Below are positions 1-10,300 of a stretch of 26,263 bases of DNA, piece after piece; the first letter of the stretch is position 1, and each line of letters starts with the position of its first letter. The position numbers and the translations under genes are program-made. Source of the stretch: a virus (taxonomy: Duplodnaviria > Caudoviricetes); the IMG/VR virus record IMGVR_UViG_3300007692_000014, positions 1 to 26,263 of that record. One strand, given 5' to 3'. The notes under the pieces are model-generated. The model saw nothing but the letters and a program-made list of their open reading frames with translations, was not told the origin of the DNA and did not search any database.

Positions 1-2
1 AC

Positions 3-581
3 ATCCTGCACATAGATACGCCACGACGTACCACTACTAATGGAACCCCTCAGGATACGGACGGCATGTGGTATGATAACTTTCTGATTGCCAAGAACTT
101 ATACGTTGACTTGCTTGAGATGTTAATCGGAATCGCGGACGTTCACTTCATGTACAACCCATCCAACCACGACTACACGAATGGCTTCTTCTTAGCTGAC
201 GTAATTCAGAGTTGGTTTCGCAAGAGCGAGAACATTACGTTCGACTGCTCTATTGCGCACCGCAAGTACTTTAAGTATCACAGCAATCTCATTGGCACAA
301 CTCACGGCGATGGCGCGAAGACTCAGGATCTTCCCCTGCTCATGGCTCAGGAGGCATCAGCAAGCTGGTCCGAGACAAAGCACCGGTACGTTTATACGCA
401 CCACGTTCACCACAAGAACGCCAAGGATTTTATTGGAGTGACGGTTGAGAGCCTTCGCAGCCCAAGCGCCGCCGACTCTTGGCACCACCGTAATGGGTAT
501 CAGCATAACCCAAAGGCAGTGGAAGGATTTATCCATCACCCAGACCACGGGCAGATTGCGCGACTAACTCACATCTTCTAA
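3..581 (+). CDS. Calcineurin-like metallophosphoesterase (5'-truncated at window edge)
   Basis: The frame is open from the window start (ILHIDTPRRTTTNGTPQDTDGMW...), so ATG66 is probably internal. It contains the metal-binding motifs SNHD, THGD and HHVHH in the order typical of metallophosphoesterases. Confidence 0.75.
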   Translation: MLHIDTPRRTTTNGTPQDTDGMWYDNFLIAKNLYVDLLEMLIGIADVHFMYNPSNHDYTNGFFLADVIQSWFRKSENITFDCSIAHRKYFKYHSNLIGTTHGDGAKTQDLPLLMAQEASASWSETKHRYVYTHHVHHKNAKDFIGVTVESLRSPSAADSWHHRNGYQHNPKAVEGFIHHPDHGQIARLTHIF

Positions 582-584
582 ACG

Positions 585-632
585 ATGACCGAGCCAAGGC
601 GTCACTGGAAAGAAAAAGAAAAAAAGAAATGA
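585..632 (+). CDS. Possible 15-aa micro-ORF (MTEPRRHWKEKEKKK)
   Basis: Starts 3 nt after the upstream stop, and its TGA overlaps the next ATG (ATGA, 629-632). It may only be the A-rich initiation region of the next gene. Confidence 0.3.
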   Translation: MTEPRRHWKEKEKKK

Positions 633-721
633 AAAAATATCTGAATCTACTATTGATTATTGGAATTAATATTTTATTTTGGATAGCTCTAATCCAACTG
701 TTTTCAACTGCAATCAAATGA
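629..721 (+). CDS. 30-aa single-pass membrane peptide (MKKYLNLLLIIGINILFWIALIQLFSTAIK)
   Basis: Translated by hand. It has an A-rich leader, a basic N-terminus, an uncharged hydrophobic stretch of about 22 residues, and an ATGA overlap with the next gene at 718-721. Confidence 0.65.
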   Translation: MKKYLNLLLIIGINILFWIALIQLFSTAIK

Positions 722-990
722 AAGACCTAATTATTGAGTACTACTCCGGACACGAGGACGGGGCGCCACTCTTTGCAGATGGCTTTGATGACGCGATCAT
801 CGGCATCTGCCCTACAAGCTTCCGAGTTATATACTCCCGAAACAAGTGCATAAATATAATGGCACAAGACATGAGCATCGAGGAGGCCATGGACTACCTT
901 GAATACAACACGTTCAACGCCTACGTTGGCGAGTTTACGCCGATATGGGCCGAGGACTTTTATTGGGGGGGCTTCGATGAAGAAGAATAA
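718..990 (+). CDS. Conserved phage hypothetical protein (90 aa)
   Basis: ATG718 (ATGA-coupled) is preferred over TTG679. The motif pattern ADGFDDAIIG...YS...C...EEA.DY.EYN...AYVGE.TP is one I recognise as common in environmental phage genomes; function unknown. Confidence 0.8.
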   Translation: MKDLIIEYYSGHEDGAPLFADGFDDAIIGICPTSFRVIYSRNKCINIMAQDMSIEEAMDYLEYNTFNAYVGEFTPIWAEDFYWGGFDEEE

Positions 991-1087
991 CGACGAGGGG
1001 TGGCGGTTCCTGTACTGGGACGACCCGGGAGATAGCCAAGATAGTGTAGACAACCAAAAACCAAAAGAAGATGGAGAATCCGATTGA
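977..1087 (+). CDS. Small hypothetical protein (36 aa, MKKNNDEGWRFLYWDD...)
   Basis: The ATG overlaps the 3' end of the upstream gene, and the ORF fills the gap to the next ORF. Confidence 0.5.
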   Translation: MKKNNDEGWRFLYWDDPGDSQDSVDNQKPKEDGESD

Positions 1088-1196
1088 TGAATTGTACCGA
1101 CGATACCTATCCAATGGGTACATCACTCCCGAAGACGTCGAGGAGCTAAAAAAGGTATATGTAGAGGGGTACAACTGGATCCAGACAACGACATGA
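1071..1196 (+). CDS. Small hypothetical protein (41 aa, MENPIDELYRRYLSNGYITPEDVEELKKVYVEGYNWIQTTT)
   Basis: Translated by hand. A-rich leader (CAAAAACCAAAAGAAG-ATG) and ATGA overlap with the next gene. Confidence 0.6.
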   Translation: MENPIDELYRRYLSNGYITPEDVEELKKVYVEGYNWIQTTT

Positions 1197-1360
1197 AGTA
1201 CCGAGTCAACTACACCTACTTTGACCAAAGTAAAATGAGAGCTGCCAAATGGGAGCAACGAGAGAAGGACTTCGACACAAAGGAAGAAGCTCGAGACTTT
1301 GTTGGAAAGATTGAATGGAACGTGGCGGTAAGGAATGTAAACATTCAGCCCGTATTATAA
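1193..1360 (+). CDS. Small hypothetical protein (55 aa, MKYRVNYTYFDQSK...FDTKEEARDFV...NIQPVL)
   Basis: Translated by hand. ATGA-coupled start, FxTxEEA motif common in small phage proteins, and a TAA immediately before the terminator hairpin. Confidence 0.7.
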   Translation: MKYRVNYTYFDQSKMRAAKWEQREKDFDTKEEARDFVGKIEWNVAVRNVNIQPVL

Positions 1361-1394
1361 AAGAAGAAGGGGGGCTTAGCCCCCCTTTCTTATT
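1361..1394. terminator. Bidirectional intrinsic terminator between convergent arms
   Basis: Stem AAGGGGGGC (1367-1375), loop TTA, stem GCCCCCCTT (1379-1387). T-rich tails lie on both strands, and the hairpin sits between two convergent stop codons. Confidence 0.85.
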
Positions 1395-4300
1395 CTAAAG
1401 ACGCCTCCATTTCCTTGACCATACTCTGAAGCTCTTTCACTTCGGCATTGACGTCCATTTCTTTTTCAAGAGACTTCATCTCTTCATACATTTCAGGGAA
1501 CATCTCTTTCATCTCTTTGTCGGTCATTGAAGATCTTTTTGTCTTAGACTTGCCCATGCCTTTATACATGTCGTCCATCAGAAGTCTTCGAACATCCTTG
1601 TAGAACGGAACAAATCCAGCATGTCCAAGAATTTCTAGCGGCAGTCGCTGGCTGAGGGCCCTCTTCTTGCGAATGATTGCGTCAACCTGCTTCTTCTCGC
1701 CGTCGGTTAGCTTGTCGTATGCAAACTTTGCCGTCTTAAATGCTGGGCTGTATGGACCACTCAAGCCTATTACAATGTCAATAAACTCCTGCTTTCGACT
1801 CTTGTCTCTGGAGATAAGGCTGAACTGTAAAGAGTCCTCGTACTGATTGTATTCTCCCTTGCGAAGGAAGTCAAAGTACTCTTCGTTTACAACCTCAATG
1901 GCATAGTTAATGGGCGCCTTGATAATGTTCCCGAAGTCACGTCCAAGAAGCAAGCCGCTGAACGCCGACATCATTGACTGCATAAGGCTTTGAAGGAAGG
2001 TCTTCTCTTCATCCTCGTCGTCTCCAACGATAAGCTTACTAAGCAAACTTCCAAGAATCTGGGACAGCATGGTGTACATAACCATTCGGCTTGTTACCGC
2101 GGCCATTAACGCCACTCCCTGCTTGCGCGTGAGCGAGCCCTTTCCGACGGCAGCGTACAGTCCGGTACGAGCTGCTGCAAATTCATAGATAAGGAATCGC
2201 TGCATGAAGCCATTAAACTGATTGTATGCGGTCGCCAGCCCGGACTGGTTTGCCTTTCTTGACCCCTTCAAGATTCCCATGAATGCATTGTCAGATGCGC
2301 CAGCTTGAATAGAACGATTGTCTGCCAATTCTTTTGACGCCTCGATGGCCTCAGCGTGCTCATTCATGTACGCCTCGTCATTAGCTGCGATCTTGTCGAA
2401 GTCGACATCAAGTCCGGTGATTCTCTTGAACTCATTTGCAAATGCACCAAACCAAAGGGGGCGCATTACAATCTTATCGGGGGTTGAAATCAAAGTGTCT
2501 GCTCCAAGCTCTACAAGATTCTTATACTTCTTGCCAGTGCGAGACCATCCTTGCTCAAGCAGGTTGATGAGTTTTGCCTTCGGAGCTTGTGTCTTGACGG
2601 CACTTGATTGACCCAGCAATGATGTGTCAACAAATCGCCCATTGATGGTGTCCCCAGAGAACAGACGCGCGGACTGCTTGCTTCCTACATTGTTAAGAAC
2701 CTCTACTGCGTCTGGAGACGTTATAATGCCGAACAAGGAGGTGCCAGTACTCAAGGCCTTGGGGTCATTGAACAGCGCAAACGAAAGGTTGGAGGTGAAT
2801 TCGGAAGTTGCACGAGGCACACCCGCAAGCATTGCCCGGTATCCCTGCTTTGCTATCCACTTCATGGCGTCTTCAACAAACGTATTCTCTACGTAGTTAT
2901 TTACCAATAGATTCGTTACTGCTTCATCAAAGGCGTACTCAATAGCATTTAGAATTTCTTGCTGTTGCTTTGTGATGCCACCCTCTTCGAGGTTCTTTTG
3001 CGCTTGAATAAATGTAGAGCGCGCAGTGCGGATGGGAGACGTTAGGTGGTAGTCCGTCAAGACAAACTTGGCGCCTCTCTTTGCTGAAGCAAACGCATCA
3101 AAGTTTAATGGAGTAATCTTTCCGGTACGCTCAATTAAAGACTTGGCCTTTGTTGATGGGCGCATCGACGTGTTGTACGCATCGACAAGAGACATACCCT
3201 CATTACTGTCGCTTTTGAAGTCATATAAGACATTGTGGTGAACGTAATTGTTCACGGGAGTAATCTTATCGCCTCGGATAATTGCGGCCGTGAAAACTGA
3301 AGTTTCAGTAAGTGATGAATTGATGTCCTGAATAGTCTTGATGGCCTTCTTCTCTGCCTCATTAAATGATTGGTCAAGCTTTTCAAGATTGATGTTGCCA
3401 TCGGCGTCAGCATAAGAGTCGAGTATGCTCTGAAGCATGTCAATGTCCCCCATCTCAGCTGGCGTCTTGCCCTTCTTGATCTCTCTAATCGTAGCAGCCA
3501 AGTAATCAGCAGCAGAATGAACCTGCTTATTGTCTGGGTTGCTGTTATATTCAAGCTCCAGCAGGTAGGTCATTATCTTGTACTTAGACATGAGGGTCCT
3601 GTTCCCGTCATACTTAAATGACTTAGCAATAGCCTCAGCAGACCGGTCAAGGCGAGACTGAATGTCTCCGAACGCCGACTCAAATGCTGACTGCGCTTCG
3701 GCAGCAGCCTTAAGGACCGAATTAAATATGGACTTAGTATTAAAGTCTCCAAACAATTGGTCAATGTAAGCCAATGGGTTTCGTCGAATCATTTCGGCAA
3801 TGCCTCCTCGCTTGGTCATGAAAGACTTAACTCGCCCAATAGCCTTACTAAACGGCAGCGGCTTAGACTTGGCAATAGCACTTGAAAGCAAGGCGCCGTT
3901 TTCAATAGAAACCATTGACTCCTTAATAAGTTCGGCGTAATGGGGTAGGTATCCGTTGTTGATGTTGTTGATCACCTTGTAAAGGTTGACAAGCTGTTCG
4001 ATAGTCAAGCCCTTGACGGCATCACTCTTGGCGAGTCGTGCAATCTCCTTGGCTAATTTTCGCTCGTCTCGAGTGGGAAGTCGCTCAGTATCAACATCAA
4101 GCTCATTGATGGCATCAATGGCCTCGTCTCGCTGCTCTTGCTTTTCCTCCTCAGAAAGTCCCTCAGTAATCGGGCGCTCTAAAATCTGAGACTTGTACTT
4201 GCGCATGAGGTCAGCCTCTTCTTGAGTGATTGTTTGATCCTCAATCATCTGCTTTATGGTAGCAGCATAGTCAAGCTTCCCATTATCGCCATACACCTTG

Positions 4301-7300
4301 TACTCGTATGCAATAAATCTATTATTCAACTCCTCAACCTTTGAGTACTCTTCGTCAATAGCGTCAAGTATTTTGGTTGAAAGATCAATAGCGCTAGTGA
4401 GTTCGGGCAGTGACAAGACTGCGGCTCGTTGTCCAAAAATCTCAACAAGAGTCAAGTAGCTATCAAACATGGCACTTGGAATCATGTTGGGGTCAATGCT
4501 AAACAAACGCATCAGGGCCGGAGCCAGCTGGCTTGAGATGCCAATCTTTTTCTGGACGTTCTTCTTTGCCACCGGCAACATCTTGCGTGCGTCATTCACT
4601 CGCTTAGCATAGTCAGCATCAGCAAACACCTTCGCCATGTAGTCAACATAATTGGCTACCGACTTTTCATTGAAAACATTTACAGAGCTAAACTTCTTGA
4701 TGGCAACGGCTGCTTGAGTTGCGCTGATTTTGCCAGACATCTTTAGCGCATCAATGACATTCGCCAACTCAACGCTTGCTGAGCGCCATGCCCCAATGGC
4801 GTCCTTGGCGCCCTTAGCTTGGTCAAGGATTTGCTTCTTTAGCATATCCTTTTCCTTTACCGTAATGCTGACTACGTCCTTGATGGTTGCAAACAATCGA
4901 GCGACAGACGGAGCTGACCTCTGCTTCTTGCCGAACATCTTATTTACATCGCGCACTAGCTTCTCTCGCTTGACGTCCGTAGCGCGCTCGTAGACGGCAG
5001 ACCCCATGACGTAATTCATTACGTTTTCAATGGTCTTTGATCTTGACACTCTGCGGTCGTTAGACTTCTTTATAATGCCATCAACTTCTTTCCATAGGCG
5101 TTCTTCGGCATTGTCAATAGTATCAAATGCAGCAGCGATCTGATCATCGCTAAATCCATTACGGGTTAAGAAGTCCCGGATAACCTTGTCGGTAATCTTC
5201 GCATCTCTCGACTGCTGGATATAATCTTCGGCAAGTCTTTGCGCACGACCCACTGGTTTTTTTTCTGACAAATCAATACCCTTGAGGTCCTTGCGTAAGA
5301 ATAAAATAATCTGGTCCTCGGCCGCCACGTCCTCAGTTTCAAAAAGCATGGGGCGTTCTGATACTGGAACTTCAGATAATTTTTTAAGTCTTTCCTGCAC
5401 GTTCCGAGCCTCAACCTCTCCTGCTGCACGCTTGTAGAATGCAATTGGCTCAAGTGATTCTTCCTTTCTTTTTAACTCATTAATTAAGGGGTCGGCAAAA
5501 AACAAAATGTCTGAGTATATAGGTCCGGGGTACTCATCCTTTATGATGCCCTGCTGTTCTTCTTTCCACCATTCGTCAAAAGCCGCTTGTGTCGTCATAG
5601 ACAAGTCGGCATAAGAACGATACAGCTTATTGGCCAGCACCTTTGCAGATCGATCATCATCTTCTGTGATCTTTTTAAATGTGCCAGAATAAATTGTCTT
5701 GATTAAATCATAGATACGCTCAGGCTTATAGAAATCTTTTGGAGATTCATTTAACCCGAATGCGTCAGCAATATGTAACGAGCCCCAATCCTGATTATCT
5801 ACTACTTTTCTATGGAGGTCATCATACATCTCAGACAACGACTGTGAAAGCATCATAAAGTCTTTAAGTTTTTTAATCTCAAGCTTTATGGCTCGCTCCT
5901 TAACGTCGGCCTTATTTAATTTGGCCAACCTTTCTCCGATCTTTTCATTTGCCCCGAATGCAAAGCCCTCTATATCTTGAATGGCATGCTGAATCTCATG
6001 CGTCAAATAACTCAGTAATAAAAAAGACTCAGGGTTTGGGCTAGAGTTAATTGTTATACTGTCTTTCCCCGGAGAATAGTAAGCCCCAGACCCCGACATG
6101 GCCGCGGCTGGATCAAAATTAATTGTGAAATCTTTCAGCTTTGGGTATGCCTCATATAATTCCGGAGAATCGTAGAGGTCCTCAAGCCGCTTATATTTAG
6201 TAGTCCACTTTGACGGGGAAATCATGAAGCCGGCGTCCGTCTCAACGGTTTTCCCCTCTACAAATTCAAAGCTTGACTTGATCATCTTGCCATCTGGAAT
6301 CTCATACCGCCACTTGTCGTCGACGCCTTTCTGCCATCCGGTTGCTGCAAATATTTGCTTGCCGCTTTTGCCGGTCGCTGCCATAATAGTTGCCGTCAAG
6401 AAATTTTCTCTCGCCTGTTTTGATAGGACGGCGTTTTCGCCAATGATCTGCTTACGGCCCTGCGCGGTAAGCTTCAGCATCTCCTCTCCCTTAACAATTA
6501 TAACCCCCTTGTTTCCAAAAGAATTATCCTTTTTAACAACAGCCTTTCCCTTGAGTAGCTCGCTTATGTAGTCGACAAGCTCATTGCCGTCAAATCCCTT
6601 TTGAAAAACATCAACCGTCTTGCCGTCCTTGGCTCTCTTTATAATGTAGCTTTTTGGCTCTGGTCCGAGTTCAAATTTCTTTGCGCTATCAATGTCGCCT
6701 TTGAACCCTCTTGTGCTAATGACGGCAATGCCTCCATCCTTAAGGGAGTTAAAAATGTCAAGAACGATAAAGTCTCGGATATCCTTGGGTACAACATTCA
6801 ATACATTAAGAGACACAATGCCATCGTACTTCTTGTCGATCTGCTCTGCGCTAGTATAGGTTACGGGACGCTTGCCTTTCCAGCGTTCTGGATTGACTTC
6901 AAGAGAGTCTACATCCTTGTTCATAACGCCACCCATGGCGTCGGTACCTTTGCCAAGGCCGGCCCCGTAGTCGAGGACGTCGCCATAGATGCCAAGGTCC
7001 TTTAGGATGGTTGCCGCCTTTACGTAGCTGCCCGTGGTGGTTGACACCTGCGTGGTGCCCGATGCTTTCTGGAATTCGCTAAGAATCTGAGCTCGCCCAC
7101 GTGGCTTGGCTACTTTTCTTACAATGCCCCCTGGCTCCAAGGGCTCCCTGCGCATTTGCTGGAAGTCGTTATATTTTGTCCGGCCATAGGGCGAAAATCC
7201 AAAACGCTGATAGAATTTAACAAGCCTTCTGGCTGTTTTCCTAAGGACAGATTGGCTTATCTTCTTCTTGGTTACGGGGTCTTCCTGATACCGCTTTGTT

Positions 7301-10300
7301 GGGAATGCTTCAAGCCTAAGCTTTGCGCCAACATTATCGGCAGAGTCTACCAATCTATTCATCAAGCGCGTTCCTGCACCACTACCTCTATCCCCTGGGT
7401 TAAGCGCCTCAATCGCCTGGACATCAACATAATTACCCTGCATTCCATCAGGGCCCTCCAAGAATCCGGGAGATAGCATGATATTCATATCAATGGTCTC
7501 TCCTCCATTAGCAAGGTCGGCAAACATAAACGCGCCTCTGAGGCTAAAGCTTGGGAATAAGTATACGCCCTCCTGACTAGCCATGTCCATAAGTACTTTA
7601 GTAGTCTGTTCGTATGAGCCCATACCACCTTCACCTTTGAAATACTCAAAGTTCTGGTCCATGAAGAACACGCGTAGCTCGTCTGGAGTTAGTGCATCAT
7701 CCGTGTCTTTCGGAAATATTTTCTGCAACTTCTTCTTAAGGCTTTCCCGCGCCTCCTCATTGCTTACCGCCTTCTGCTTTCTTACCGCAGGCTTTTTCTT
7801 GGCGTCAAATTCATCGAGTGCCGCCTTCTGGTTGTCAGTAAGCTCTGCTACAGGAAGCGAGTCTTCGTCTGTTTCTTTTTTCTCTAATGTTTCAACACGT
7901 CTAACAATTCCAGTATCTCCAGCAATAGTCTTCATTTGCTGAGCATTGCTAAGTGCCTTGTTATACTTGGCCTTTAATTCCTCTGGCATAATCGTCCAAG
8001 AGTCAAGAACAATGTCGGGGACACCAACAACCTCACCTAATATTTCAGTATGATAGGTTGAGTGATTTGCCTTACCCCCAACGCCGGTGGGCTTTCCAAC
8101 AAGTAAGATGTCTTTCATGCCGAAGCCATTCTCCGCATAGAAGCTATCTCTGAATTCGTTAGGGTCGAAGAAAGCGTCGTACTTTTTCAGCACATCAACC
8201 AGCGGAGTCTTTTTGGATTGCTGCTCCAAGATTAGGTTCAAAAACGCCTTGCGCTTTGGAGACTCTCTAAGTTCCTCAACAGAGTTAACTGAATTAAGGA
8301 TGGCGTTAAGTGCTCCAACCTTAGATGTCGCAAGGGCCTCTTCTTTAAATGCAGCAAAACCACCGTTGCCTTCTATTCTCGTTCCAATGATGCTAATAAT
8401 ATTTTTATTAAATAGCTTGGCTTTCTCGGGAGAACCGCTAATGAAGAAAATATAATCTGCCTCAGCCGCATTTCTTTCGAGAGTCTGCTTGGCTAGTCCG
8501 CTAGCCCACAGCACTCCGGCTTTCCTGTTTTCTGGGTCTAGAGCAAAGCTGGGCCCAGCATCCAAATAATGCATGATTCCAGATGTAACGTCGTAGTATT
8601 CGCCGCGACCAAGCTGGTCAGCCATCCAGAACCATACCTTCAGGTTGTTTTCTGCGATTTCATTAATCAAAGCCATGAGGTCTATCTTGTCTGCCTTCGT
8701 CACAAATGACAAGGGCAATGGCTTATCTGGGAAGCTTACTCGCTTGCGTCCCTTTGGCTTTGGCTTGTTGATTGTCGTTGGTTCGCCAATGTTTATAGAG
8801 CCTCCCTCTTCAAGAACCGCTAGGTCTTCTTGGGTTATCTCGGCACCCTCTCTAATCTTAACAGATAGGGTATTTAAAAGGTCAACGACATCCTGGTCCG
8901 TCTTGGTAAACTTGCCAATATTAAAGCCAGCGGAGTCCGCAATCTTAACGATGAAGTTCATGATAGAGCTTCTACCGGGCTTTGAGATGGCTCGGTATTC
9001 TGACGCCATCTTGCCAAGCAATTCTGAAATCTTTTCCTCGTTCTGAATGTTTGCGTCGTAGCCTTTTGCGAAATCCTCAATCTCAATGCGAAGGCTAGAG
9101 CCTTTAGGCAACGCTTTGGCTACTGAGTTGAACATGGCCCTTGCTACGGCAGCAGCCTGCTCATCATTGTTCTTAACCTTGTCAAGAAGTATTGCATGGA
9201 AGATTTCGTGAGCTACCGTAGACAGACCAGCCTTATCCATGTTAATGTGGATAGTGCTTGTTGATGGGTCATAGTAGCCTCTTAAGTCTTCCCCTACTGC
9301 ATTGACAAACTCTTCACTGGCGGCGTGTACGACAATGTTGACATTGGGCAAGATAGATGCAATCGCTTGCGCTCCCATCTTGGCTGCCTTTATGACGACG
9401 TCTCTGCGAACTTTTGCCTTGCCAGCTACTGGAACAGCGCCTTTCTCGTTAATGAGCAGATTGGGCAATGGCTTCACTGCTTCTAGGAACAGTGCGTCAA
9501 TGGTTGCACGCTCTTCGGCAGTTACTTCTGGACCTACTTCTTCGACACCCGCTTCGGCAGTGACTTCAGGTTCTGCTTGGGGTGCTCCTTCCGCCACTTC
9601 TTCGCCAGGGCGGGCTTCTGGCTGAACAGGAACTTCACCTGCTGCTTGCTCTTGAACGGCATCTTCTGTTGGTTTTTGTTGTTCTAATTGCTCTATCTCC
9701 TTGAGCAGCGCATCTCTTCGCTTTCTCAGGCCATCCTTTATCTGAGGGTCTTCTACGGCATCAATAGCCTTATTGTTCTTGACTATCTCCTCGTTCAGTT
9801 CATTGAGCTTCTCAACCTCATCTTCTGGAAGGCCATTTACAAACTCAACGTAATCACTGTATATCTTATTCTTCTCTCTAACTAGATTGTCTCTTAGAGA
9901 CTGAAGAACCGACTTTGTGTCGGGGTCCTGTTCAGATTCTATGGCTGCATCTACGCTTCTAATCTGCTCTTTTATTTCTGCCTTTCTAGCAATGTCTGCC
10001 GTCTTGGCTCCAAAGGCTGTTTCAACCAAGCCTCCTGGCAGCTCTGCAATGCCCTCTGTCAAGATGCCTGCGACATTCGTGATTCCACCTTCTGATATTA
10101 CTTGGGCTGCGGCCTCACCAGCCATGCCTGTTGCCATTTGAGCACCCACTTCATAGATCGGCTTCGCTAGTCTTCCGGCAATACCGGCACTCAATGCGTC
10201 TAATAATCCTATAACGGTCGCTGGTGCGTCAACTTTTGAATACACCTCATCCATTACTTGCTTATCAGAGAATGCCGCCTCAAGTTGTTTTGGGTCATTG

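Noticed and set aside
2395-2409. DVDFD (DxDxD) in the giant protein, resembling the catalytic motif of crAss-like virion RNA polymerases
   Set aside because: The context looks alpha-helical (FANEFKRITGLDVDFDKIAAND), and I saw no other double-psi beta-barrel motifs. A structure prediction would settle it.
3252-5453. Same-strand alternative-frame ORFs inside the giant gene (3252-3554, 3573-3764, 5166-5453)
   Set aside because: Their Leu/Arg/Ser-rich composition is typical of off-frame translation, and the host frame shows no low-complexity relaxation, unlike the 9534-9662 case.
9513-9570. 19-nt imperfect direct repeat (PEVTAE twice)
   Set aside because: Only two copies, in a low-complexity linker; not a CRISPR array, att site or DGR repeat pair.
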